Source: a virus. Taken from it: DNA of 64,000 nt. Positions within the stretch are counted from its first letter, which is position 1; every line of letters begins with the position of its first letter. The stretch is taken from the IMG/VR virus record IMGVR_UViG_3300024996_000004; one strand, given 5' to 3'. Below are positions 45,212 to 54,600 of the stretch, piece by piece. Below the pieces are notes generated by a model, which made no database searches, was not told the DNA's origin, and worked only from the letters and a program-made list of their open reading frames with translations. Both the position numbers and the translations under genes were made by a program.

Positions 45212-45635
45212 AGAAATAAAAGTGACTGGATCACATGGCGGTTCAAAATATGATGGTGATAAGGCTCAATACAGTTTACTGCCACCAGATTCATTAAAGG
45301 CTGTTGCAGAAGTAATGACAGAAGGTGCAAAAAAGTATTCTAAAAATAATTGGTGTGGTTTAGAATTGTCGAGAGTATTGGATGCAATGTTGAGACATAT
45401 TAATGCATTTCAATCAGGCGAAGATTATGCGTTAGATTCACATCAACATCATTTGGCACATGCTATGGCTAATGCTATGATGGCTTATCATATAGCTTTG
45501 AATTTTACTGAACAAGATGATAGATTGTTTAAATACTTAGAACCGAAAACTAAAGCGTATGATTTAAATTTTGATAATAGTTATAAAAAGTGGACTAATC
45601 AAAAAATTCAAAGTCATATAGATATTGACGATTAA
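45204..45635 (+). CDS. dATP/dGTP diphosphohydrolase-domain protein (DUF5664-like)
   Basis: KYDGDKAQYSLLP, VMTEGAKKYSKNNW, AMLRHINAF..GED and HLAHAMANAM motifs. Confidence 0.85.
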   Translation: MSEEIKVTGSHGGSKYDGDKAQYSLLPPDSLKAVAEVMTEGAKKYSKNNWCGLELSRVLDAMLRHINAFQSGEDYALDSHQHHLAHAMANAMMAYHIALNFTEQDDRLFKYLEPKTKAYDLNFDNSYKKWTNQKIQSHIDIDD

Positions 45636-45715
45636 TCAATAACGATATGGTTATCAATATTTTCGATCATAAATAAAATGTTATATTGATAAATAAAATA
45701 AATGTAATAAATTAT

Positions 45716-45791
45716 ACGTCGGTAATTCAATTGGGAGAAATTTTGCCTCCAAAGCAAAAAGTTGTAGGTTCGAGTCCTACCCGGCGTGCCA
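45716..45791 (+). tRNA. tRNA-Trp(CCA)
   Basis: Acceptor ACGTCGG/CCGGCGT, G73, anticodon arm TTTGC-CTCCAAA-GCAAA, TTCGAGT T-loop, CCA. Confidence 0.9.
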
Positions 45792-45794
45792 CAT

Positions 45795-45824
45795 AAAGCT
45801 CAAGAATATTCTTGAGCTTTTTTA
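45795..45824 (+). terminator. Intrinsic terminator
   Basis: AAAGCTCAAGAA-TA-TTCTTGAGCTTT followed by a U-tract. Confidence 0.8.
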
Positions 45825-45853
45825 TTGACAATTTTTATATTCCATGATACGAT
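45825..45853 (+). promoter_or_regulatory. sigma70-type promoter TTGACA-17-TACGAT with extended -10 TG
   Basis: Upstream of the 45877-47470 operon. Confidence 0.7.
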
Positions 45854-45876
45854 TTAGACTAATTTAGGATAACATT

Positions 45877-46359
45877 ATGTCATTAGAATCGCATGCAAAA
45901 TATGAATTAGCAAGAGCCGGACTTTTCGATAAGGATAGTGATTACGGTGGAATGATAGCTGAATCAGTGCTCGATTTGATTAAACTTTTTGCTTCTCAAG
46001 GTCATTCTGGTGGAAGTGCTCAATGCGTAATAAAATTATTCGATACATTAGTTAAGTTTAACAATTTATCACCTTTAACGGGTGAAGATTCAGAATGGAA
46101 TGATGTTTCCGATATTTCTGGTGAGTATATGCTGCAAAATAAGAGAAATTCAGCAGTCTTTAAATCTAGTAAAGGTACATATTATTTGGATGGCAAACTA
46201 ATTGTACAACCCGATGGTTCGGCTTATCACGAAAAAGTTTCTATAAAATTTCCATATATTCCATCAACACAAATTGTTTATTTTGATCATTATGGAAACG
46301 AAATTTCCGAAAAAGAATATCGAGAAGATTATAATAACGCAAATCAGGATTCGGTGTGA
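45877..46359 (+). CDS. Conserved phage hypothetical protein
   Basis: HAKYEL..AG...FASQGHSGGSA...LSPLTGEDSEW, a motif set that recurs in phage ORFs. Confidence 0.65.
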   Translation: MSLESHAKYELARAGLFDKDSDYGGMIAESVLDLIKLFASQGHSGGSAQCVIKLFDTLVKFNNLSPLTGEDSEWNDVSDISGEYMLQNKRNSAVFKSSKGTYYLDGKLIVQPDGSAYHEKVSIKFPYIPSTQIVYFDHYGNEISEKEYREDYNNANQDSV

Positions 46360-47060
46360 CTTACAAAAACAAAAATAAAATACAGGCATTTGATAAAAAC
46401 CTTAATATACTCGGCAGAGATTTTATAGTTGGTGATATTCATGGTTATTATACGATGTTGAGAAAACTTTTGGATAAAATCAATTTCAATCCAAAGTCTG
46501 ATAGATTATTTTCTCTTGGAGATTTAATTGATCGTGGTCCAGAATCTAAAGAAATTTTATCATGGTTAAAATATCCATGGTTTTTTGCTATTATGGGAAA
46601 TCATGAAAGAATGATGAAAGAATTCTTTGAAAAGAAAGATTGGCAAAACTCTTATGTATTGCATGGTGGTAAATGGTTTATTGATCTTGATCCATATTCA
46701 CAAGGTTTATATGTAGAAATTTTGAATAATTTACCTCATATGTTTGAAATAGATACTATTAACGGCAAAGTAGCTATGGTTCATGCTGAAGTTCCTGTTA
46801 ATGATTGGATAGAATTTAAACAACATTTTGACAAGTATGAAGAGCGATCATTATGGTCATTTGATTTATTCAATTATATGAATAATGGAAACAATGTCGG
46901 AAATATTCAATATATTGATCATCTTGTTCACGGACATGTTTCAGTAGATAAACCAATGCAATTTAATAATCGATATTATATTGATACCGGAGCCATAGCC
47001 AAAACATTGACATTGATGGAAATTAATCATGCTGATGGATTCAAATATCATCAATTATGA
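46356..47060 (+). CDS. Ser/Thr protein phosphatase (lambda NinI / PphA-like)
   Basis: VGDIHG, LGDLIDRGP, MGNHE, HGH and IDTG motifs. Confidence 0.9.
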   Translation: MTYKNKNKIQAFDKNLNILGRDFIVGDIHGYYTMLRKLLDKINFNPKSDRLFSLGDLIDRGPESKEILSWLKYPWFFAIMGNHERMMKEFFEKKDWQNSYVLHGGKWFIDLDPYSQGLYVEILNNLPHMFEIDTINGKVAMVHAEVPVNDWIEFKQHFDKYEERSLWSFDLFNYMNNGNNVGNIQYIDHLVHGHVSVDKPMQFNNRYYIDTGAIAKTLTLMEINHADGFKYHQL

Positions 47061-47071
47061 GGCCATAAAAT

Positions 47072-47470
47072 ATGATGAATCTTGAAGAAGCATTAACAAC
47101 AATAAACATATATTTTATAAGTAATGAACCACGTTCTATAAACATCCATGAACATATTTCTAATAGAACGGATGGACTTTATAGAAATTATTACTTAAAA
47201 TTAAGATCATCTGAAATTGATAATAAATCAAAAATGTTATTCATATGGCATGATTCCATATATCTTTGTGACATCGAAAAACCATCCTTTTCAACAAGTG
47301 ATTATCTTCTACCTGAAATGTTTAAAATAAATTTTGCATTCAATAAAAGTATTCTAGAAAATAATTATGATTTTAAAATATTATTTAACAAAATTATTGC
47401 TTGTATAGAAGATACTCTTAATTCTTCCATTTCTGAAATATCACGAGATACTATATCGTATATGCAATAA
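47072..47470 (+). CDS. Hypothetical protein
   Basis: 132 aa with GAGG RBS. Confidence 0.55.
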   Translation: MMNLEEALTTINIYFISNEPRSINIHEHISNRTDGLYRNYYLKLRSSEIDNKSKMLFIWHDSIYLCDIEKPSFSTSDYLLPEMFKINFAFNKSILENNYDFKILFNKIIACIEDTLNSSISEISRDTISYMQ

Positions 47471-47473
47471 TAT

Positions 47474-47502
47474 TTGACAATTGTAAAAATAATTTATATA
47501 AT
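47474..47502 (+). promoter_or_regulatory. Perfect sigma70 consensus promoter TTGACA-17-TATAAT
   Basis: Directly upstream of acb2. Confidence 0.85.
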
Positions 47503-47524
47503 TTATTGAAAATAGGAATGTATA

Positions 47525-47752
47525 ATGGACAATCAACATAAATTAATAAAAGGTTATCGCGATCTTTCTCAAGAAGAAATTGACATGATGAATCTTATTA
47601 AAAATGATTTAGGTACAAAATTAGAAAATATGATTGACGAAGTTTGGAAATTAGAAAACTCCGATAAACGATGGATTGCTATAGCTAAAACAGATTTTCA
47701 AACAGGATTAATGGCTCTTGTTCGTGCTATTGCTAGACCAGACTCATTTTAA
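47525..47752 (+). CDS. acb2: Acb2 / T4 Vs.4-like anti-CBASS cyclic-oligonucleotide sponge
   Basis: [23 protein letters not shown]...[27 protein letters not shown] closely matches the Acb2 N- and C-terminal signatures. Confidence 0.9.
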   Translation: MDNQHKLIKGYRDLSQEEIDMMNLIKNDLGTKLENMIDEVWKLENSDKRWIAIAKTDFQTGLMALVRAIARPDSF

Positions 47753-47758
47753 AATTTT

Positions 47759-47947
47759 ATGTCAATAAAATATTATCAGGATAACATTCAAATACCATCA
47801 ACGCCAGTGTACATCACATTGGAAGTCATCGAAGATATTCAAAACAATACCAACAATATCGAATTAATTCAAAGTTATATTGATATTTTGGTGAAAAAAT
47901 ATCCACTCTATGAGATGGAAATTAATGCATTTATAAAATCTTTGTAA
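47759..47947 (+). CDS. Small hypothetical protein
   Basis: 62 aa, cotranscribed with acb2 up to the terminator. Confidence 0.5.
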   Translation: MSIKYYQDNIQIPSTPVYITLEVIEDIQNNTNNIELIQSYIDILVKKYPLYEMEINAFIKSL

Positions 47948-47972
47948 AAAATAATTATATCATTTTTAAGAG

Positions 47973-48002
47973 AAATCCAGTCAGAAATGACTGGATTTTT
48001 TA
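47973..48002 (+). terminator. Intrinsic terminator
   Basis: AAATCCAGTCA-GAAA-TGACTGGATTT followed by a U-tract. Confidence 0.85.
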
Positions 48003-48146
48003 TTGCTTGAAAATATTTCTTCAAGTTTTTCATTGACTTATGAAATATTTTTCTAAAATAATACATAATTATTTTAATTATTTTTCTATATAAATCAATA
48101 ACTTACATAATTCTATATTATCTTTTTACATTAATTACATTCACAC

Positions 48147-48154
48147 TATAAATA
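48147..48154 (+). promoter_or_regulatory. gp55-type late promoter (TATAAATA)
   Basis: Upstream of the scaffold and MCP genes; AGGAG RBS at 48183-48187. Confidence 0.7.
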
Positions 48155-48194
48155 ATATCTGCAATTTTAAATAATTATTTACAGGAGTGCCTTA

Positions 48195-49118
48195 ATGGAC
48201 GAATTATTGAAAAAGTTATTCGAATCAGAATTGTTAAATGATGATTCAAAAAAAGAATTGACAGAAGCATTTGAAGCTAAAATCACCGAAGCTGTTGAAG
48301 CTGCTAAAGCTGAGACTGAAGTAAAAGTTCGTGCAGAATTAACTGAACAGTTTATCGTTGAAAAGGATGCAATCATTGAAGCTTTAGATACTAAAGCTGA
48401 AGAATTCCTTAACAAGCATATGAAAGAACTTAATGAAAGCGTAGCCGATTTCCGCGATCTTGAAGCTGAATATGCCGCACGTTTAGTTGAAGAAAGAAAG
48501 AATATTTCTGAAGCTGTTAAAAGTGATATGGCTACACTTATCGATCAATTGGATGCTTTCAATACTCAATGTCTTGAAGAAGAATTTGCAGAATTTGAAG
48601 AATCAATCAATGAAGTTAAAAAGTTACAGTTTGGTGCCAAAATTTATGAAGCATTTGCCAAGACATATGACTCAAATTTTGCAGACTCAAATGATACTTT
48701 GAATAAATTAAAAGAAGCTGAAGTCAAGCTTGCTGAAACTGAAAAGTCTCTTAATGAATCTGTTAAGGCTCTAAAGTCAGTTAAACGCGATCAAAAGATG
48801 ACTGAAGTTCTTGAACCTCTAAGCGGCCTTCCCCGCGAAGTCATGGAAACTATCCTCAAGTCTACTCCAACCGAGAAGCTTGAAGAAGCCTATGATAAGT
48901 TTATTGGAAGAGTGTTAAATGATGTAAGTAAGTCGGAGAAGGAAAGTGTTGTTACACCTGTACTAGCCGAAAGTGAAAAAATAGATGCTGTAAAAGAAGA
49001 TGTAACTGTAGTAACAGGTGATGTTACTCCTATTACAGAATCAAAGCAAGAAACTAAGACAAAGCTATCTGAAGCAACCAGTGCTCGTCTGAAAAAGCTT
49101 GCTGGCGTTGAAGAATAA
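48195..49118 (+). CDS. gp22: Prohead core scaffold protein (T4 gp22-like)
   Basis: Acidic coiled coil (FEAKITEAV, KIYEAF), immediately upstream of the MCP. Confidence 0.85.
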   Translation: MDELLKKLFESELLNDDSKKELTEAFEAKITEAVEAAKAETEVKVRAELTEQFIVEKDAIIEALDTKAEEFLNKHMKELNESVADFRDLEAEYAARLVEERKNISEAVKSDMATLIDQLDAFNTQCLEEEFAEFEESINEVKKLQFGAKIYEAFAKTYDSNFADSNDTLNKLKEAEVKLAETEKSLNESVKALKSVKRDQKMTEVLEPLSGLPREVMETILKSTPTEKLEEAYDKFIGRVLNDVSKSEKESVVTPVLAESEKIDAVKEDVTVVTGDVTPITESKQETKTKLSEATSARLKKLAGVEE

Positions 49119-49149
49119 GTAATATTTGGCTAACTATAGGAGAAATAAA

Positions 49150-50556
49150 ATGGCTGAACAAGATAAGATGTTAACAGAAAATTGGACCGAAACAAAGGAA
49201 ACTTTGCTTCAAGGTCTTCCAAAAAATAAGGTAGAAGTTGTAAGTACTGTATTGGAAAATCAACGTGCTATGCTCTTGAAAGAAACTGCTTCTGGTGGTT
49301 CAATCGGTGCTGGTGACATTGCTAACTTCCGTAAGACTTTGCTTCCGCTCATTCGACGTGTGATTCCGGGTACTATTGCTACCGAAATCGTTGGTGTACA
49401 ACCAATGGCCGGTCCAGTATCTCAAATCTTCACACTTCGTTATAAGTATGAAGAAAATATGGTACACGATGATTCACGTTCACAATTCGGTGGATATGAT
49501 ATCACAGCTGGAGACGAAATGTTTGGTAACGCCAAGCCTATTCGTGCTTTCTATGCTGGTGGTACTAATGCTGCTCAAGCTGCCGGTGCTTCTGGTTTCA
49601 GCGCTGCCGGTGCTGACGGTACTTCTGCTCCCGGTAACATTACTGGTACTGCTGAAGGTGAAGGCTGGGCTTCTGATCCAAACGTGACTCAATACGATAC
49701 TGGTACTACTTTGTATGGTAATCCAGTTGGTGGATCACTATACGGTGGTAACTCAAGCTTCCTAGAAGGTTCTGGTGGCCGTAAGGTTTCATTGGAAGTT
49801 ATCTCACAAGCTATCGAAGCCAAGAGCCGTAAGCTACAAGCTTCATGGACCATTGAAGCCATGCAAGACTTAAACAGTCAACATGGTATGGACATTGAAA
49901 CTGAAATGACTAAGGGTATTTCTGCCGAAATCGTAAACGAAATCGACGCCGAAGTAGTTTCAGACTTGCTTGCTCTTGCTGGTACAGTTCGCGTGTTCGA
50001 TCTAGCTGCTACTTCAGGTACAACCTACGCTCCTGCCTTCATTGGTGATCGTTTGGCTAACTTGGGTCCAGTGATCAATGCAGTTTGTAATGAAATTGCT
50101 CGTAAGACTCGTCGTGGTGCTGGTAACTTCATCGTGGTTTCACCCATGATCGTTTCGGCTCTACAAAGTGCTGCTAAGGCTGTGTTCGCACCTGCTATTG
50201 AAGGTTCATTCAAGTCACCTACTAACACCATGTTGGCTGGTACTTTGAATGGTACAATCAAGGTGTATTCATACCTTTGGGATCAAGCTCAACCGGGAAC
50301 TTCTGCTCCTGCTGGTTCTGACAAGATTCTAGTTGGTTATAAGGGTGGAAACGGAGAAATCGATTCTGGATACTTCTACTGCCCATATGTGCCTTTAATG
50401 TCAACAGGTACTGTGATTAACCCTGTGACCATGCAACCTGTGGTCAGCTTGATGACTCGTTACGGTAAGGGAATCCTAACTGATACCACAACATCATTGG
50501 GTAACAGTGCTGATTATTATGGCAAAGTGAATGTTGTCAACCTAGAGTTCGTTTAA
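49150..50556 (+). CDS. gp23: Major capsid protein (T4 gp23-like)
   Basis: LENQ, LPLIRRVIP, VGVQPMAGPVSQIFTLR, RKLQASWTIEAMQDL, YCPYVPL and MTRYG motifs. ATG 49150 with AGGAGA RBS; GC-richer, highly expressed codon usage. Confidence 0.96.
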   Translation: MAEQDKMLTENWTETKETLLQGLPKNKVEVVSTVLENQRAMLLKETASGGSIGAGDIANFRKTLLPLIRRVIPGTIATEIVGVQPMAGPVSQIFTLRYKYEENMVHDDSRSQFGGYDITAGDEMFGNAKPIRAFYAGGTNAAQAAGASGFSAAGADGTSAPGNITGTAEGEGWASDPNVTQYDTGTTLYGNPVGGSLYGGNSSFLEGSGGRKVSLEVISQAIEAKSRKLQASWTIEAMQDLNSQHGMDIETEMTKGISAEIVNEIDAEVVSDLLALAGTVRVFDLAATSGTTYAPAFIGDRLANLGPVINAVCNEIARKTRRGAGNFIVVSPMIVSALQSAAKAVFAPAIEGSFKSPTNTMLAGTLNGTIKVYSYLWDQAQPGTSAPAGSDKILVGYKGGNGEIDSGYFYCPYVPLMSTGTVINPVTMQPVVSLMTRYGKGILTDTTTSLGNSADYYGKVNVVNLEFV

Positions 50557-50595
50557 TAACGTGCAATAGCATTGGTTAGACCTTTGCAAACTCTT

Positions 50596-50629
50596 GAAAG
50601 CCCTAGAAAAATCTAGGGCTTTCTTTTTT
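50596..50629 (+). terminator. Intrinsic terminator after the MCP
   Basis: GAAAGCCCTAGA-AAAA-TCTAGGGCTTTC-TTTTTT. Confidence 0.88.
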
Positions 50630-50672
50630 GTATTTTGTAATGCTGATGAATATTACATTTTAAAAACGCATG

Positions 50673-50701
50673 TTGACATTTTGTATTTGTCAAGTTATGA
50701 T
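50673..50701 (+). promoter_or_regulatory. sigma70-type promoter TTGACA-17-TATGAT
   Basis: Upstream of the tandem endonuclease genes. Confidence 0.7.
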
Positions 50702-50724
50702 CGATTATTGTTTAATGAGAAAAT

Positions 50725-51939
50725 ATGCCTGCAAAAATCACTAAAGATATTTTTATTAAGATGAATAAACAACGAAATGAAAAGTTTTCAGATTGTAAAG
50801 TTTATTTTGATAATCCCGAAGCTGTAGAGACAAAAAAGCCATTTAACTGTCATTGCGATCTTGGACATGAATGGACAGTGACTGCATATTCTAGACATAT
50901 GAAAGGTCAAGGCTGTCCCAAATGTATTGAAATAAAACATAAGAAAGTGATCAGAAACAAAGCTTTAGAACAGTTAATATCATTATATAGCGGTAAATAT
51001 TCTTACCCAAATTTTGATAAAGAATATATAGATTCTACATCGAAAATTACTATTATTTGCTCAGACCATGGTGAATATACAAAAAGTTATTCACGCCATT
51101 ATGGTGGTGACGATTGTTCTTTATGTAAAAGATTAATAACACAAGATGAATATAGGATTTCAGACGAATACATGAAATTATTTGAAACCATGAAGTTGCG
51201 ATTAACTAATCTTAATAGTAATTCTAATATGCATCAAGACATTGAATGTCTGATATGTGGGAATGTATTCAATGCTACACCAAAATCTAAAGTGTCTAAC
51301 TATAGATTTTGGGGATCAATTGGTTGTCCGAAATGCACAGAGACAGAAAGATATAAGGATATTAAAAACGAAGGATTGTATAAATTGATCAATTCTAATT
51401 ATGAACTTCATACTCCATATGTCGGTGTAAAAACAAAGATTCTGGTGCATAATAAAACATGTTCATGCAAAAGACAATGGTGGACACAACCAGCAAATCT
51501 TTTCATTCATGAAAATATGTGTAAACCTTGTAATAACGAAAGAAAACGAGAGTTCATGTTGGAATTATGTAGAATCAATTCAGAAAATGCTCTGAAAAAT
51601 AAGGAAGGATTCGAAAAATATGAAAGTCAAGTTAATTTATTGTCTAATCATAATTATAGAAAACACATTGACGCATTATCTAATCATGGTGAGAAGATTC
51701 GAGGTCGAGGATTATATCACTTGGATCATATCATTCCCATCACTTATTGCTTTGTTAATAATATACCATATGAATTATGTGGACATATAGATAATCTTAG
51801 AATGATTCCAGAAAAAGAAAATTTGATAAAATATAATAAAATTACAACAAAATTTCCAAAAATATTTGAAAAATATACAAAAATTATTGATGATAGTGAT
51901 GATGAAGATAGTGAAAACGAATTGATAACAGAATCATGA
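50725..51939 (+). mobile_element. HNH homing-endonuclease-like gene with zinc-ribbon repeats
   Basis: Repeated C..GH.W...GCPKC units and a C-terminal YHLDHIIP...NLRMIP..ENLIK (HNH). Confidence 0.75.
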
Positions 51940-52751
51940 CTCAAAGAGGATGGAAAAGAAATGATGGGACCATCATAAAGAAAGAAGTGATTTATAATGA
52001 TTCCATCATTGCTAAAAAGTTATTAGAGCGAAACGCGAAATTTCCAGAGAAGCGTGTCTATTTCGACGGTAATCAGTCGTATAAAGGGATGAATGAAAAA
52101 TATCATTTCAAGTGTGATGAAGATCATCATTATGATGCAAAGTTATCGAACGTTTTGAATCCTCCACATTATGCTGGATGTAAAACATGTGCACAGAATC
52201 GCATAGGCGTATTATTTGCAAAAGAGGTAGAACAGACTGTTAAAGATTTTAATAAAGTGCATAATAAGTTTTATAGTTATCCATTTATAAACAGAGAATT
52301 AAAAAATTCTCATTCAATGATTACTATAAAATGCCCTAAACATGGATTATTTAAACAGCGAGCATATTGTCATACTTCGGGACAAGGATGCCCGAGTTGT
52401 GGAATGAGAAATTATTCCAAAAAATGTTTAACATGGCTGGATAAAATTATGACAGAAGAGAATATTTTTATTCAACATGCATTAAATGGCGGAGAATTTA
52501 GAATTCCATTGACACGATATCATGTCGATGGATATTGTAAAGAAAATAATACAATCTATGAATTTCATGGATCATGGTTTCACGGTGATCCAAACATTTT
52601 CGATTCAGATGTTATGATTTATGACAAAACTGCAGAAGAGCGATATAGTGCCACCAAAAACAAGGAATCAAAAATCTTGTCACTTGGATATAATCTTGTA
52701 GTTATGCGGGAATCAGAATGGGATAAATTAAAAATATCATCGGAGAATTAA
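51936..52751 (+). mobile_element. PD-(D/E)xK/Vsr-like homing-endonuclease-like gene with zinc ribbons
   Basis: CPKHGLF..H.SGQGCPSC; YHVDGYC..NNTIYEFHGSWFHG; GYNLVVMRESEW. Confidence 0.75.
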
Positions 52752-52775
52752 CAATATCATCGGAGAATTAACAAT
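52733..52775 (+). repeat. 20-bp tandem duplication over the stop codon of the endonuclease gene
   Basis: AATATCATCGGAGAATTAAC twice (52733-52752, 52753-52772), plus a partial AAT. Confidence 0.9.
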
Positions 52776-52808
52776 TATAACATAAATATTTAAAAATGGT
52801 AAATATTT

Positions 52809-53225
52809 ATGACAGATGTAAAGCTTCCCCGTGGAATCAGAAATAATAATCCGGGAAACATAAGAATTGGACAGAACTGGCAAGGCGAAGCATCCAATAA
52901 TACTGATGGATCATTTGAACAATTTAGCTCAGCACAATATGGTATTAGAGCTATAACAAAAATTCTTCAATCATATTCAAAACAGCATATCTATACTATT
53001 AGAACCATTATTGATCGTTGGGCACCGCCTACAGAAAATGATACCGAATCATATATTAATAATGTTAGTAAAAGTTCCGGCTATGGTGTCGATGATTGTT
53101 TAAACATGCAAAGCCCAGAAGTTATGTCAGCTTTAGTCAAAGCTATTATATTTCATGAAAATGGACAACAACCCTATAGTGATGATATTATCAATGAAGG
53201 TGTACATTTAGGATTGACAACCTAA
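52809..53225 (+). CDS. NNPGN-motif protein (lysozyme-like / 'structural protein P5' family)
   Basis: RGIRNNNPGNIR, F..F.S..YGIRA, IIDRWAPP.ENDTESYI and I.FHENG motifs; CATAAATA at 52781-52788. Confidence 0.75.
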   Translation: MTDVKLPRGIRNNNPGNIRIGQNWQGEASNNTDGSFEQFSSAQYGIRAITKILQSYSKQHIYTIRTIIDRWAPPTENDTESYINNVSKSSGYGVDDCLNMQSPEVMSALVKAIIFHENGQQPYSDDIINEGVHLGLTT

Positions 53226-53227
53226 CC

Positions 53228-53256
53228 TTGACTTAATTCAATTAAAGATTTAAAAT
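53228..53256 (+). promoter_or_regulatory. sigma70-type promoter TTGACT-17-TAAAAT
   Basis: Upstream of thyX. Confidence 0.65.
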
Positions 53257-53278
53257 GGTTCAATAATTGGAAAAATTA

Positions 53279-54256
53279 ATGACCATTTCAGCAAAAATCA
53301 TAGCAGATAGTATTACTGTAGAAGGAAAAAGAATTACCACTTTTGAATTAGAATATCCACGATTCATTCTAGCAGAACTTAATACTCATAGATTACTTAG
53401 TCGAAATAGCAGTTCCAGCCGCGCTATCACAGTTAAGAAAAATATTGAAACGATTATCAATGATACAGCAATGCCTTCCCATTGGGGTAAAAACCAACCC
53501 GGAATGAGTGCCAAAGAAGAATGTGATAATTTGATTTATGTTGATTCAGAATGCCAATTGACCCGAGAAAATTGGTGGTTTAATGCTAGAGATGCTGCAA
53601 TTGATTATGCGCAAGGATTTGAAAAATCTGGATATCATAAACAAATTGTGAATAGACTTCTGGAACCATTTTCTCATATGAAAACTGTGGTTACTGGTAC
53701 AGAACTTGAAAACTTCTTTTGGCTTCGTGATCATGAAGATGCTCAACCAGAAATTCATATTCTGGCATCACGAATGAAACAAGCTATGGACAATAGTATT
53801 CCTACGCAATTGGGTGTTGGCGATTGGCACGTCCCTTATTATTTCGATGGATGTTGGAGAGAACATATAGTTTATGAGGCTCCCATTGTAAGTGATGAAA
53901 CATTTGATAGAAATGGGTTTACTTTAAAAGAGGCTATTGCCATTAGCGCATCACAATGTGCTCAAGTTTCTTATAGAAAAACCGATGATTCTTTAGAAAA
54001 AGCGGAAAAAATTTATGAACGATTAGTTCATTCATTTCCGCCACATTTTAGTCCCATGGAACATCAAGCGACTCCAATGAAAGTAAAATATGATGAATCA
54101 GGATTGCCCATTGTATCATGGGATGTAGGAATAACGCATATGGATAGATACAACAATATGTGGTCAGGTAATTTTAAAGGATGGATTCAAAATAGACAAT
54201 TGATGATGAACGATCTTAAATTGAAGTCTATGACATCAGTTCCTTTTGAGGATTAA
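53279..54256 (+). CDS. thyX: Flavin-dependent thymidylate synthase (phage Thy1/ThyX type)
   Basis: RFILAELNTHRLLSRNSSSSRAI, HKQIVNRLLEPF, AQVSYR and HFSPMEHQATP motifs. Confidence 0.88.
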   Translation: MTISAKIIADSITVEGKRITTFELEYPRFILAELNTHRLLSRNSSSSRAITVKKNIETIINDTAMPSHWGKNQPGMSAKEECDNLIYVDSECQLTRENWWFNARDAAIDYAQGFEKSGYHKQIVNRLLEPFSHMKTVVTGTELENFFWLRDHEDAQPEIHILASRMKQAMDNSIPTQLGVGDWHVPYYFDGCWREHIVYEAPIVSDETFDRNGFTLKEAIAISASQCAQVSYRKTDDSLEKAEKIYERLVHSFPPHFSPMEHQATPMKVKYDESGLPIVSWDVGITHMDRYNNMWSGNFKGWIQNRQLMMNDLKLKSMTSVPFED

Positions 54257-54258
54257 TT

Positions 54259-54558
54259 ATGAAACTTAATGATTTTGATGATAAAGAATATCCTGAACAT
54301 GATAGAACATCATGTTCAGATGAACATCCAATAAATTCAAGCATTGACGGAAATGCATGCAAACGTTGTAATGCATTTTATTTTCAATTAGCCGAAGAAC
54401 GTAATGCTAAATTAGATAAATTAAAACATCTTTTACATCTTTCAATCAACGCATATGAGGAAGATGATCGTAATAATCTTGAAAATTGTTTAATTCAAAT
54501 GATTGAATTATTCAATAAAAATAATAAAAATCCAATCAATAATGTGAATATTTTATAG
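54259..54558 (+). CDS. Hypothetical zinc-binding protein
   Basis: HDRTSCSD...CKRC motif; GAGG RBS. Confidence 0.6.
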   Translation: MKLNDFDDKEYPEHDRTSCSDEHPINSSIDGNACKRCNAFYFQLAEERNAKLDKLKHLLHLSINAYEEDDRNNLENCLIQMIELFNKNNKNPINNVNIL

Positions 54559-54600
54559 TAAGATTGATTACAAAATAAATAACTGTAATGGAAATATTTT

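Noticed and set aside
45204-45635. Z-genome (2-aminoadenine) system
   Set aside because: No PurZ or DatZ-like gene is in the window; the diphosphohydrolase alone is not diagnostic.
2133-53278. Upstream track starts at 2133, 6086, 20536, 33829, 49126 and 53267
   Set aside because: Downstream ATGs (2181, 6110, 20572, 33853, 49150, 53279) have better RBS or stop-start coupling and match family N-termini.
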